A stretch of DNA of 64,000 nt from assembly GCA_951406725.2 (NCBI GenBank), contig OX597822.1, positions 98,270,001-98,334,000 on the forward strand, given 5' to 3'. Shown here in pieces: positions 49,561-63,714 of the stretch (the stretch's first letter is position 1; the number at the start of each line of letters is the position of its first letter). The position numbers were made by a program, and so were the translations under genes. Source of the DNA: Octopus vulgaris (taxonomy: Eukaryota). The notes beneath the pieces were generated by a model. The model did no database searches. It saw only the letters and a list, made by a program, of their open reading frames with translations, and had not been told where the DNA came from.

Positions 49561-51987
49561 AACTTTCTTTATTGGCCACCTGAGGCTGAACACAGAGGGG
49601 ACAAATACAAATGTAGAGCTTTTCTTTTCGAAAATGAAAAAGAACATGTAAAACAAAAAGAGAACAAGTATAAAATTCTGATCAAAAGGGATCGGAAATA
49701 AAAACGATCAAAAGGGATCGTGTATCACAGAAGAACTTTTTAAAAAGTAAGAAGCAAGATTAGCGTTATCCGTGGAAAGAAAAACCTACGGAAAAGACCA
49801 CGGTAGCCTCAGGCAGGGAAGAATTAATACATGAGAGTAAGGTGCTCTCTTTCTCTCTGACCGATTTACAGGATCATGTTCAAAATGGTTTCGCTGCTCG
49901 CACGCACCATCTTTGCTACATTCACCCACCTTTTTTGAAACTTTCACGGGACAAAACTTGCCTCTCCATTCTCACCTTCCTTTTCAAGTGGTACTTGAAA
50001 AAGTTGATGAGCGATTGGCCAGAGAGGTAAGTGTTTGTCTCTAATCCTTTTGCTCGAGTCCACCACACACATTTTTCACCATGGCCAACAGTACGATGAA
50101 GACCGCCTTGCCTTCCCAGTTGAGGGAAGGTAGCGGAGGAATCAGCACGACAGACTCGGCCGATAGGCGGACTCGTCTCAGACGTAACAGCAGCCGTTCG
50201 GCATAAGCCCACACGTCCGAAATGGTTGGACACTGCATGAGTGCATGCAGCACAGTTTTGTCGCTCTGACCGCATCTCGGGCAAGTCGGTCCGCTGTGTC
50301 CCGAACCGTGCCTGTAGAGCTTATCCCGAACAGGTAATGCTTCTCGATAGCACTGCCAGGCCAGAGATTTTTGGTGATTGTCCACATAGGTCCCAGCCAT
50401 AAAGTTGTCCTGAACAGGCGGGTCAGGCGTTTCTTGTCGACGCCCAGATTCGGCCCAGGAACGTCCTCTATAGAACGCCTTTGTTGCAATGAAGCCGCCC
50501 ACGTTTGGTCCCGGACGGCAGTGTTGCTTGAGAGCAACGCAACACGCGCGGTGCCATTCGCCTAGCCTCGGTCTCTGTTTGATCCACGACTGTAGTTCGG
50601 CCAAGGAGACGAGCTGCAGGAAAGCGCGCCGCACAAACGGCGACCAACCTGCTTACCGTCGTCTATGAAGCGCCTGAGATGTCGCAGTCTCAGCGCATGT
50701 CTACGCATTATCAACTACGGCATGTCTAGCCCTCTATTTAGCGGGTGTTGACAGCAAATGGATCGCCTAACCATCGGAACGCTTCCTTTCCACAGGTAGC
50801 GGAAGAGTATGAATTCCAGTTTGGTGATGGTAGGGGCGGGTCAAGGCACGACGGTCAGACGGTCGATTTGTTTGTAGATCGACACTATGACGGTGACGTC
50901 GTCCGCGTATGCAGACACGCTCCTGCCGCATCCCAGCTCTCGTGGGATGCCCCTCAGCGTCGCCAGCTTCTGCAGTAGTGGTTCAAGACTTAATACATAG
51001 AGAAGCGACGAGAGGGGGCATCCTTGACGAACCAAACGCATGATGTTAAATGGTCTGGATAGATGACCAATTACGCGAATTACCGAGCGGATGCCGCTGT
51101 ATAAAGCAGCGATCCAATCGCGGAAGATGGAACTGAAACCAGCCACTTTAAGGACAGCCTCCAAGTAGTGATGGTCTACCCTATCGAAGGCTTTTGATTG
51201 ATCCAAATTGATCATGCAAGGATCCTGTCTATGATGTAACGCATCAGATGGAGGTTGTCATGGATACTCCTACACGGTACGGTGCACGTTTGCGCCTTGT
51301 CGACTAGCTTCTCGATGACAAGCGCCAACCTCTCGGCTAATACTTTGGCCAAAATTTTTTAATCTGCTTTGAGCAGAGTGATGGGCCTGAAGTTATCTAT
51401 GACGTCCCCCTTGTTTGGATCTTTCTTTAGCAGTGCCACTGCTCCTCGCTTTACAAAGACGGGGATACTTCCCTTTGCTGTCAGTTGCAACAGACTACTG
51501 CCATGACGCCTCCAAACAAGTCTGGCATATGACAATAAAGTTCGTAGGGCAGACCATCTAAGCCTGGTGACTTGTCTCTCGCGCATCTTGCCATCGCATC
51601 CTGTACGTCCGCAGCCGTGATGGGTCTTTCACGGCACTCCGTCTCTCTTGCTGAGAGTCGTGGCAGGCCATGCAGGTAGGCACTAAAGTCGTCTCTGCGT
51701 TCTGACCCACCAGTTATCCTGAACAGTCAGGCAAAGTGTTGTTGAAAGGCCTCACACATGCTTTCAGGCTCGAGTAATTCGCGCCCCTGTTCATTTGTAA
51801 GTAACCTAATGGTTGCTCTGTTGCCTCGTTGCGCCTCCACCACTCGAGCCTCTCGGGCAGCTCCAACTCCTTCACCCTTCAGAACACACATCGTAGCTCT
51901 GACAACGCATCCTTCGTGTTTGGCGTTGAGGTGTTGATTGAGGGCCAATTCTAAGTGCCTCTTCTAAATTCTTAACTAGGTCTCCAG
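49561..51987 (-). mobile_element. 5'-truncated, internally deleted Tx1/L1-like LINE
   Basis: NFRPITLL, INLDQSKAFDRVDH, VRQGCPLS, AYADDV RT motifs; CPRCGQSDKTVLHALMQC zinc finger; tail gtcccctctgtgttcagcctcaggtggccaataaagaaa. Confidence 0.9.
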
Positions 51988-52080
51988 GTAGATATGTAGA
52001 TAGATATGTAGGTAGATATGTAGGTAGATATGTTGATAGATATGTAGGTAGATTTGTAGGTAGATATGTAGGTAGATAGG

Positions 52081-54750
52081 TTTCTTTATTGGCCACGCTG
52101 GGCTGAATATAGAAGGGACAAAATACAAAGTAGAGCTTTTCTTTATGGGAAGAAGAGAAGGGAAAAAGGAAAAAAGAAAAAAAGGGTCGAATTCCGATCA
52201 AAAAGGATCGTGTAAAAAAAAGTGGGGCCGATCAATAGGGATCGTGTATCACAGAAATGTCAATGTAGAAAGAGAAAACAGATTAGGTTTGTCCGTGGAT
52301 AGAAAAGCCTACGGAAAAGACCACGGGAACCTTGGGCAATAGTGTCAAGTAAAAAGAAAACACATTAAGTGGCTCTCTTTTTTCCTTTCGTTTTTTTTTC
52401 CATTTGGTTCATAGGAATATGCTCAAGCTGACTCCGTTATTCACACGTGCCATCTTTTTTTGAAGCATTCACTAGACAAAATTTGCCCCTCTAGTCTCAC
52501 CTTCCTCTTCAAGTGATACTTGAAGAAGTTGATGAGAGATTGACCAGAGAGGAAAGTGTCTATAAATCTTTCAGACGCGTCCGCCATACACATTCTTTCG
52601 CCATAGCCACAAGTACGATGAAAATGGCCCTTCCTTCCCGTTTCAATGAAGGAGACGCAAAAATATATACGATATTGACGGACCGAATATGGAATGTCGA
52701 AAGGTCTCGATAGATGTCCATTTACGCAAATTACGGAACGGATGCCTCTGTACAAAGCAGCTATCCAGCCGCGGAAGACGGGACCGAAACCAGCCGCTAT
52801 GAGGACAGCCCCCAAGTATTGATGGTCTACTCTATCTAAAGCTTTGGGTTGATCCAAATTGATCAGGGCCACACCCATGCCAGATTACATAACTACCCTG
52901 TCTATGATGTAGCGCACCGGTTGAGGGTTGTCATGGATGCTCCGGCTAGGCAGGGCGCACGTTTGCGCCTTGTCGACCAGTTTCTTGATGACAAACCTCT
53001 TGGCCAAAATTTTCCTGTCTGCATTAAGCAGAGTGATGAGCCTAAAGTCGCCTGTTATGTCCCCCTTGTTTGGATCTTTCCTCAGCTCCTCGGCTCACAA
53101 TACCGGGGATACTTCCGTTTTTCAGCCAGTTGCAGTACACTGCTGCCAAGACGTCTCCAAATAAGTCTGGCAAGTCTGGCATACACCTGTAAAGCTCGTA
53201 GTGTAGACCATCCAAACCCGGCGATTTGTCCCTCGAGCATTCTGCCATCGCGTCCTGCACTTCCGCCACCGTGATGGCACCTTCGCAGCACCTTGCCTCT
53301 CTTGGCTAGAGTCGTGACATGCTGTGTAGATAGGCACTGAAGTCTACCCTGCGTTCTCGCTTGCCACTCGTCCCGAATAATCAGGCAAAATGCTGTTGAA
53401 AGGCCTCACACATTTTACTTGGCTCGAGTAATTCGCGCCCCTGTTCATCTACCAGATCCGAATGGTGGCTTTGTTACCTTGTTGTGCCTCCGCCACCCGT
53501 CCCTCTAGCGCAGCACCAACACCTTCGTTCCTTAGAGCACGCATCCTAGCTCTGACAACACACTCTTCGTGTTTGGCGTTGAAGTATTGGTCGAGGGCCA
53601 ACCTCGCCGCCAAAACATCGGGTACGGTGCCACTTCTAATCGCCTCTTCTAGCTTCTTAACTATGTCACCCTCTACCCTGTTTCTATCTATGACTATTGC
53701 TTTGCTATACTTAATCGCTTCTGCTATTTTTGCTCTCTTAAGGGTAAACCACCAGTTGTTGTTAATGGCTCCCATCAAAGCCTTCTTTACTAGCGTACTA
53801 ATACAGTCTCTGAAAGCCTGTCTCGACGGGAAGACGCGTTTAGTTTCCAGTACCCGGGACTCTGCCTATGTGTCTTATCTAAGTCTAGCGTACACGTCAC
53901 AAGTTTGCGATCCGTGTAGTTGACCATGTGGAATTGTGGACACCCTACGCTATCTCTATCTACTGCCCTGCACAGTATCCTATCTAGATACGATCTCGAC
54001 AACCCGGTGCGGTTGCTCCACGTCCATGTTGGCGCATTCGGGTGGTCGAGTCGGTACCTGTCAGACAGTTGAAAGCATCTGAGCAGATCTCTGAGGCATT
54101 TGCATCCTCGTCTATTCCTATCTTTGCCCACGTAGTCTAGATGCCTGTCCAAGGTAGCATTCCAATTTCCCGCTAAAAGTAAGGGACGTTCCTAGGAATA
54201 CTTCTACACATCGAAAGAAATCCAGCCGACCTGTTAAAGGTGGTGCGTAGATTAATAGAAGTCGAAAAGAGCACCCATTGCTGCTGTCGTCATCCGGGAA
54301 GACCAGTCTACCCTCCGGGTCTGCGAAATTTGTCTTTACTTCGAGATCCAGACTCTTGCGAAAAAGTACCGCCGTGCCACTACCGCCCATTCTCAGCAGA
54401 CAGGGAAAAAAATAAATGTTAAACTGTCCACCAAACATGGACTTTACGGCCCTTGGATAATGGAGTCTGGTCTCACTTATGGCTATGATTTCTAACTTTT
54501 GTGACTTTATTTCATTTAAGAGTTTCCCTTGTTTGCAAGGGGACCCCAAGCCACGCGCGTTCACACAACCAATTTGATCATAATCCTAGTGAGTTAAAAC
54601 ATAAATGAAAGGAGCAACATTGTTGTTGATGATGGCTCCCATCAAAGCCTTCTTTACTAGCGTAAAGTTTTTGCTTTCTTCTCCTTCAGTTTGTCGTCGA
54701 GGAGATCCCAATAATGTTTTTGTGAAAGGTATTTCTGGCATTTACCAGAA
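52081..54750 (-). mobile_element. Internally deleted Tx1/L1-like LINE (APE plus partial RT)
   Basis: GCVNARGL..ISETR, IYAPP, TWTWSN..SYLDRI and PGYWKLNAS (APE), KSPGLDGL, INLDQPKALDRVDH; same tail type. Confidence 0.9.
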
Positions 54751-54779
54751 ATAGTCAGGCAGGTATAGTCAGGCAGATA

Positions 54780-55400
54780 TAGGTAGATAGATATTGGGAG
54801 ATAGATATAGGGAGATGTAGTTAGGGAAATGTAGCTAGGGAGATGTAGCTATGGAGGTGTAGCTAGGGAGGTGTGGCTAGATAGATGCGGCTAGATAGAT
54901 GCGGCTAGATAGATGCGGCTAGATAGATGCGGCTAGATAGATGCGGCTAGATAGATGCGGCTAGATAGATGCGGCTAGATAGATGCGGCTAGATAGATGC
55001 GGCTAGATAGATATAGCTAGATAGATATAGCTAGATAGATATAGCTAGATAGATATAGCTAGATAGATATAGCTAGATAGATATAGCTAGATAGATATAG
55101 CTAGATAGATATAGCTAGAGAGATATAGCTAGATAGATGTAGCTAGATAATATAGCTAGATAGATGTAGCTAGATAGATGTAGCTAGATAGATATAGCTA
55201 GATAGATATAGCTAGATAGATATAGCTAGATAGATATAGCTAGATAGATATAGCTAGATAGATATAGCTAAATAGATATAGCTAGATAGATGTAGCTAGA
55301 TAGATGTAGCTAGATAGATGTAGCTAGATAGATGTAGCTAGATAGATGTAGCTAGATAGATGTAGTTACATAGATGTAGTTAGATAGATGTAGTTACAAA
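54780..55400. repeat. 14-bp minisatellite TAGATAGAT(GCG/ATA/GTA)GC in variant blocks
   Basis: Directly visible. Confidence 0.92.
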
Positions 55401-55748
55401 TAGTCAGACAATATAATTAGATAGATATAGAGAAATATAGATAGATAGGTGGATAGAGATTGTGAGAGATAGGGAGAGATAGAGATAGGTAGTTAGAGAG
55501 AGAGAGAGAAATGGATAGAGACAGAGAGAGAAATGGATAGAGAGAAAGAAATGGATAGAAAGAGAAAGAAAGAAATGGATAGATAGGTAGAAAGAACTCG
55601 TGCAAACATTCATCACAACTCGTGTTTCATGTTTATCTACTTGTTATATATATTTTGCTCATGTATAAATTCATTGTAAGTTCGTGTCTTTTACGTATAT
55701 CTTTTATCGACAGAAATTCTACATCTACGTGCTATAGACATAAATGCT

Positions 55749-55809
<61 letters not shown>

Positions 55810-55845
55810 TGTATACGTGCTATAGACTTAATGCAACACACACTC

Positions 55846-55895
<50 letters not shown>

Positions 55896-55997
55896 TAGAA
55901 GCTCCTTCTATAAAATAAATTAATTTACTCTGCTATGTATTGAGTACCTTATTTACTGTGGTTAACCCCGACTCAACCCGGGACCTACATATATATG

Positions 55998-56224
55998 TCC
56001 TTTACTTGTTTCAGTCATGAGTGTGCGGACATACTGGAGCACTGCCTGGAAATTTTAGTCGAAGGAATCGATCTCAGTACTTTTTTTTTTTTCTTTTGTT
56101 AAAACCCGATTCTTATTCTATCGGTTACTTTTGCCGAAATATTAAGTTACGAGGACATAAACACACCAACACCGGTTGTCACGCGGTGGTTGGGGACAAA
56201 CACAAAATCTCTCTCTCTCTCTAT

Positions 56225-56280
<56 letters not shown>

Positions 56281-56437
56281 TGCACATGAGGGGCTTCTTT
56301 CAGTTTCCGTCTACCAAATCCACTCACAAGGCTTTGATCGGGTCGTGGCTATAGTAGAAGACACTTGCCCAAGTTGCCACGCTGAGGAACTGAACATGGA
56401 ACCATGTGGTCGGGAAGCATGCTTCTTACAACACAGC
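55998..56437 (-). mobile_element. SINE family 2 (diverged)
   Basis: Reverse complement similarity to 32662-33052. Confidence 0.82.
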
Positions 56438-56734
56438 GATTTCTATAATATTCCTAATATTTTCTATGAATGGAAGTTTTTTTTAAATGAAACGATTATA
56501 CCTAAAACCAATTACTTTCCAATTAAGTAAAGTTCTCCCGGTATCTGGAGGACAGGAATCCAGAATTTTTGGTTTTGCGTACAGAATTTCAGAATTAAAT
56601 GTTTCGGGAAATTGTTATCTTTTGTTTAAAACCAAAGCATACGGCTCTACCTAGATGCAAAAGTGCCTCCTACATGTTGGAACATGCTTATATATATTTT
56701 ATAAAAGTATGTTTTTCTTATCTATTCATATATC

Positions 56735-56982
56735 GGTAAAATTACAGATTAACACCCGCACGATTTTCACTAAAAAAAAAAAAAAAAAAATCAGAGTTCT
56801 TTTTTGTGTGAAAATTCCGGGGTGGCGGGGTCGACCCCCCCTCCTCCGGACCAATTCCGAACCAAAATATGGGATTTCCAGCATATTAGGAGGTCAGGGT
56901 ACTTGATTCCACGCAAAAAATCCGATTTTTTTTTTTTTTTTTCTTAGTGAAAATCATGCGGGTGTTAATCTGTAATTTTACC
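56735..56982. mobile_element. MITE with about 37-bp TIRs starting GGTAAAA and an 8-bp TSD
   Basis: ggtaaaattacagattaacacccgcacgattttcactaa / ttagtgaaaatcatgcgggtgttaatctgtaattttacc; TSD catatatc at 56727-56734 and 56983-56990. Confidence 0.9.
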
Positions 56983-57014
56983 CATATATCTTATGTAGAT
57001 AGAACCTACATGTC

Positions 57015-57157
57015 CAAGGTGCCACTCAGTAACATTTTATGTAAATGTCTACTATAGTCTAGGCCGACTTAAACTCTGTGAGTGGATTTGGCAGATAAAA
57101 ACTGAAAGGAGCCCGTCGTATGTGTGTGTGTATTCATACGCGCACACACACACACAC

Positions 57158-57198
<41 letters not shown>

Positions 57199-57218
57199 GT
57201 ATTCACACACACACACAC

Positions 57219-57269
<51 letters not shown>

Positions 57270-57720
57270 GTATTCACACACACACACACATGCACATACT
57301 GTGTATGTGGTGGTGGGGTCTATGTGCTGTCCACCTCCGTTTGACAACCGGTATTTACCGGCTGCCGTTTACGTTGTGAGTTCAAATTCAGCCGAGGTCG
57401 ACTTTGCCTTTCATCCTTTCGGGGTCGATAAATTAAGTACCAGTTACGCACTGGGGTCGATATAATCGACTTAATACCTATGTCTGTCCATGTTTGTCCC
57501 CTCTATATTTAGCCCCTTGTGGGTAATAAAGAAATAGGTATTTACGTTCCCGTAACTTGCGGGTCGGCAGAAGAGCCGATAGAATAAGTACTATGCTTTC
57601 TATTCTTAAAAAAAAAATAAGAAAAGAAAAAAAAAGAGGCGCTGTACTTGTCTCATTAGATTAAACCTCTTTAAGGTGGGGTGCCCCAATATGGTTCCAG
57701 TGTAATGACAGAAACACGAG
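57015..57720 (+). mobile_element. Old SINE family 2 with a nested 5'-truncated SINE family 1 (about 57350-57540)
   Basis: ggtatttac occurs on both sides of the nested copy; family 2 continues after it. Confidence 0.78.
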
Positions 57721-57770
57721 AAATATGAAACAAATGAGCGTGTGTGTGTGTGTGTACTTTTATCTATATT

Positions 57771-58159
57771 GGGAAGCACTCCGTCGGTTACGACGACGAG
57801 GGTTCCGGTTGATCCGAATCAACGGAACAGCCTGCTCGTGAAATTAACGTGTAAGTGGCTGAGCACTCCACAGACACGTGCACCCTAAACGTAGTTCTCG
57901 GGGATATTCAGCGTGGCACAGAGAATGACAAGGCCGGCCCCTTGAAATACAGGTACAACAGAAACAGGAAGTAAGAGTGAGAGAAAGTTGTGGTGAAAGA
58001 GTACAGCAGGGATCACCACCATCCCCTGCTGGAGCCTCGTGGAGCTTTTAGGTGTTTTCGCTCAATAAACACACACAACGCCCGGTCTGGGAATCGAAAC
58101 CGCGATCCTATGACCGCGAGTCCACTGCCCTAACCACTGGGCCATTGCGCCTCCACAGC
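57771..58159 (-). mobile_element. SINE family 3
   Basis: Full length; TSD ttttatctatatt on both sides. Confidence 0.9.
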
Positions 58160-58930
58160 TTTTATCTATATTACAACAGCATGTGTATGTTAGGGCCACT
58201 GCCTTTTAACACAAAATGTAAAGAAATCTTTCAAATAACTTTATGCTTGCTCACCAGACGTTGGTTCCCTGCCGGATGACCACCTTGCTATCTTGTGGCT
58301 CATCTTTGTCGCTCAGTAAGTAATTATTTTCGTGCAGTTGTGTCCTCCTCCTGATACGTCCTCTATTTTCTCTGTCATCTCCCATTCTCTTATTCATTTG
58401 TTTATCTCTCAGTTTTATTTCACGTCGGCACTGAGCTTTTCCATATTACGTTGGCATGTTGCCACTTCCTTTTTCATTTCTGTTGTTGGTGGGGTCAAAG
58501 TTTCCGATCCGTAAACTACTACGTGTTGTTCATTAATTTAGGGCATTTTTTTTTTCCTTTTCTTTTGAGATTCAATAGGATGTCTGACATGATAATGCAT
58601 TCCTGCTTACTTAGAAGAGGAGCAACCAAATATTAATTACAAATTTTGGCACGAGGTTAGCATTTCTGGGGGAGGTGTAGGTCTAGTACATTGACCTCTA
58701 TACTCAACTTGTACTTATTTTGTCGGCCTTGTAAGAGGAAAAAGCAAACTTGACCCCGGCGGAATTTGAACTCGGAACGTAAAGTCGGAAGAAATGTCGC
58801 TAAGTGTTTTGTCCGGTACGGTAATGAGTCTGCCAGCACGCAGTGGAGATTGACCCCGGAACCATGTGGTTGAGAAGCAAGCATCTTACCACACAGCAAC
58901 ATCCGTGTCTCTCTCTCTCTCACTCTCTCT

Positions 58931-59322
58931 AGGCTGTGTGGTAAGTAGCTTGCTTACCAACCACATGGTTCCGGGTTCATTCCCACTGCGTAGCACCTTA
59001 GACAAGTGACTTCTTACTATAGCCTCAGGCCGACCAAAGCCTTGTGAGTGGATTTGGTAGACGGAAACTGAAAGAAGCCCGTCGTATATATGTATATATA
59101 TATATATATATATAAGTATGTGTGTATATGTTTGTATGTTTGTCCCCCAACATCGCTTGACAACCGATGCTGGTGTGTTTATGTCCCCGTCACTTAGCGG
59201 TTCGACAAAAGAGTCCGATAGAATAAGTACTGGGCTTACAAAGAATAAGTCCTGGGGTCGATTTGCTCGACTAAAGGCGGTGCTCCAGCATGGCTGCAGT
59301 CAAATGACTGAAACAAGTAGAA
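58931..59322 (+). mobile_element. SINE family 2
   Basis: Matches the family 2 consensus. Confidence 0.9.
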
Positions 59323-62300
59323 AAAATATATATATAATTCTAAGTTTTCAGTTATATGTAGTTTCTATCATCTATTTCGTGTTCTGCCTTAATACCTTAA
59401 ATAAATAAATAAAGGTACATAGGGTAGAATAGATGAGTCCACAATAGAAATGTTGCAAAGTGGAACCAAACCGCTTTCGACGTCACGCGGGGATAACGGT
59501 GCGCTTTTAAAATTGAAGGTGCTTGTGAGGGTTTTATTTTTAATGTTTGAGAGAAGGAAAGGGTCTATCAGTATTCTGTTGTTACGGTGCCAATGCTACT
59601 CAGCAAAGCGAAACAGCTGACCCACCCCTTCTTATATAAACCCTGAATTTAACTATATATATATATATGAACAATGTTTAGAAAAACTTTTGTCTGTCAA
59701 AACATCTTCGAACATAAAACTACCGGATCCAGCTTACAATTATAAACCGCTCTAACAAACAAAACAGTATGTATACGACGAATAATTCAATAATTAATTA
59801 ATACGGTTCAATTAATTGACTTTAAAAAAAAAAATTCATATTTTACTTACCTCAGATGTCTGAATACTTTTTTCTATAATTTTCTTTCAACATTTCGTTA
59901 TTGATAAGCAATCATATAACGGATCAATTTTCCTTCCAATTCACTCTTTAAGTCCACACTGATGATGAGAATGATGATGATGGTGTTGATAATGATAGCA
60001 AAGATAATGATTAGAGCTGTGGTTTATTTTTGATTTGTTAAACAAACGCAAACGTGTACAGCTACAGAAGAGTCGTTCACATGTTTACCGTTCATTCACA
60101 CGTTGATTAAATGTCCGAGGAATTTTTGTTGTTGTGCTTTAATGTAAACGCTGTTGTTGATGCAACGACGTCTTCATTGGTTCTTGAAATTGCTGTATTT
60201 TTTCTTCCTTTTTTTTTTTTCTCTCCGTCTTTTATAACTTCCTTACTACATCAGATATCACAGCATTTGTATTACGCTGTTAATATTTCCTTACAATTAT
60301 GTTTATATTATATATATATATAAACATATGTGTGTGTTAGTTATAGTTCATTCATACATTGCTATATACATGATATATCTGTGCGGTGCGTGAACGTGCG
60401 AGCATGCGTTGAAGCGATTGCTTTTGAAATGTTTATTCTTTCTCCTTCCACTATTTTCTCTGTTTTGCCGAGAAGACAGACGTAGTAGGGATGGGATGAT
60501 ACTGTGGTATCCTAGAGCTATGCAGGGAAGGGTGCGAATATTACGGTAAGTTTCCTGTGCCCAAGTGTAGTACACAGGCTAATGTGGCTGCTCTTTCCAT
60601 AATCCTCTGATACATTTATGTGTGTGTGTGTGAGTGCGTATAAAACTTCTGGTGTTCGCGGTCACAGCGTTTAACTACATCTAACTTATATATCTCTATT
60701 CTGAATGGTATTCAAATTTTCTCAATGTATCACCTTCCCATATGAAATTATTGGTTTGAATTAATTGATTTGAAATATCTCCATATCCACTGCGATGAGG
60801 TAGTCTTCAGCCCAACACGTTTTCGTTTTGTTTTTTTTTTAATTAATTCACGATTAAATTGTAAATTTTGTTTCTGACTTAACTTTTCTTTTCCATCCCA
60901 AATATTTGTAAACTACATTTATCGTTATTAGAAATAAGCTGTGTTACTCTTTACATTTTTTTCTCCCACCCGCAATAAAGTGAAAGTTATATTTCATAAA
61001 TATTGTTGAGATGAATTAAAAGAAATAATTTATATTTTAAAATTTCAAATAAATGTTGGCGGAGGTAATGAATATGCAAACGACTAGTTTTCGGTGCAAA
61101 CAAAAGTTCTAACCCTAAACCCTAACGATAATCCTAAAACTAACCCCAACCACCGAGTGTACGTATTCTTGACCTCACCTAAACGTTATATGTAATTTTT
61201 GGCATTATATATATGTGTGTATATTGATTAGATAGTTTCAAAATTTTAGTTTAAATGTGAGCAGTCTTCGTAAATAGTCAATATTTTACAATAACAAACT
61301 AAAGGAGCCGAGAAAAGTCGTGGGGAAAAAAAATTCTGTTTGTCCCTTTAAAACATTTAGTTTTCATCTGTTCAACGTTAACAGTGTTCTCTCTCTCCGT
61401 CTCTATTTATCCGTTTATCTCTCTGTCTTTCCTTCTTCCAGTCACCAATTTACGAGTTCGATGTTGGTGGTACTGTAAATTAAACGGAAATCTCTGATTC
61501 CATCGTTACCTGTTACTTTATGATGCATAAAGTCTTCTGTTTTAAATTTGTAACAAATAGCGAAATTATTAAATTGGAGAAACACACATTTTAAGCAAAT
61601 GATTCTATTAATTATAATAAATTTCAAACATAACAGGATTCCGCTGTATTATTATTATTATTATTATCAGTTGTAATATAGCCAAAAATGAAATTCAGTA
61701 TTAACCTTCCGCGGCCTCTCTCCGCTTGATATTATGAGGGATACCTTGGTATGCTCCTTGTCGATGAAGTTGGTATCAATAAAATTTGTAATAGATGAAT
61801 AACTGTATTGAGTTCTTTTAGTTATTATTTGTTGTTTATATGTTGAGAAAACAAAAAACACTCATTGTTTACACACACACACACAAACGTATGTCGATGG
61901 CATTGTTTACAAACAGCTGTATGCAGTTTAATGTTGTTGACATAAGAAAAAGAAAAGAAAGGAGGAGGAAGAAGAAAAAAGTGAAAGACAAACCTAACTT
62001 ATTTACAGTACGTGTGTCTGTGTGTGCGACTGCGTCGGCAAACACACAGTAATGAAATCTCTCACAGAGTTGAAAATGTTATTCCAATCAGTCGGAGCTC
62101 CGCTAGTAACTGTCCAAAATGCAGTGAGTAACGCACAGAGAAATTAACTTTCCTTTCTTTTTCTCTTCTTTCTATCTTTTATTCATTTTATTTATTTAAT
62201 CTTTTTTCTTATTTTATCTGTCACTTAGTCTTCTTCGATCTCCTTCCATTATGTTTATCATATTTATTATATATGAGAAAGATTAATTTCCCAACGAACC

Positions 62301-62805
62301 ATTATTTGATCAAACCACTTGAACACATCTTTAGAATGAGACAACCGTCTTCCAGTTGATTTTCATAATCAAATAGGAACTGGAGCCCTATTTATTCAAT
62401 TTAAAATAATATGACCCAATGAGGACGATTAGGATTTCAAGATGCAAATTCACCCCTTCAGTTCTGTGACCACTTTCAGAAACTGTCTCCGAAGAAATAA
62501 GAATTAAAAAGAAGAAAAAAAAAAGATGCGAGAAAAATATATGCCCTTTTGAGTTCGTGAACTCTTTTAGAAAAATTTCAAAGAATCTTCTAAAAGACAC
62601 AGGATTTTAGAAAATGGAAAAGTTTTTTATAATATATTCATTTTATTTGTAGTAAATTGTGGAGATGAACGAGCGGAGGATTAAAATGTATTGTTATGAA
62701 TAATCAAGACTTTCTACGTTCAAATCCTACCAAAGGTAGCTACTCGTTTATACTTCAAGGGTAAATATTTAAAGACGGTGAAATTCCTGATGGATTAGAG
62801 CTTTG

Positions 62806-63206
62806 GGATCTTTTCGGTTTGAACGGCAGTTTTTTCTAGCGTTGTCATATGAAATTGTCACCCATAATTATGACCCTAGTATCCATCTATTGCATTTCAA
62901 TCTGTTTTAGGGTTAGGGGTGGGGGTATCTTTTTTTCTTCCCAAATGTAAATAAACCCAATCTGTTTCTTAAACGAGGGACATATTCATACGGCACAGAC
63001 TCTTTTTTACCTCAATAGACGTCAGTGATTTGTTGAAATTGCAGAAATTGAAGAAAAAAACAAATATCTTACAAACTATAGAATTTTCTCAATTAAGCTA
63101 AGAGAAAAAGATGTTTTATAAACACATTCTACCAGTATACCAAGTTTTAAATTTTTTAGCTAACTAGAAATTATGTTAAAAACTGCCGTTCAAACCGAAA
63201 AGATCC
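62806..63206. mobile_element. MITE related to 13417-14058
   Basis: TIR ggatcttttcggtttgaacggcagtttt / aaaactgccgttcaaaccgaaaagatcc; shared subterminal sequence. Confidence 0.85.
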
Positions 63207-63714
63207 AATACGTTCTACTATTTTTCTCCGAGATATTTTTATTTATAACTTTTCTGAAGTTGATAAATTTGAGGGGTGGGGGTTAATTGATTACAACGAC
63301 ACCAATGCTCGACTTGGACTTACTTTATCGACCTTGGCGGAATTTCAATTCATAATGTAAAACCGAAAAAATGCCGTAAACTGATCGACAGTTTAAATTT
63401 ATCAGTTAAGTAAGCTTCGCCGGAATTTGAACTTAGAATACAGAAAATCAGAACAAATACCACTTTTTAATTCGTTTAAAGAAGTACTAGTAATATACTT
63501 GGAATCTACTCCATCGGTTATATCACTTCTTAATAAATATCCGAATCGAAATTCCACAGCGTCAATTTTGTCGTTCGTCTTATTCCAAGTACACTTCTAA
63601 TAAATGGAAATGAATCCTAGTTAAAATCCCATCTACAGATATTTTGCTGTTCATTGTGTACTGAAGAGAGAGAGAGAGAGAGAAAGAGAGAGACTCAGTC
63701 CTTTATTATTCAAT

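Noticed and set aside
61085-61130. TAACCC-like repeats as a telomere remnant
   Set aside because: Short and degenerate, and similar motifs occur inside MITEs in this window
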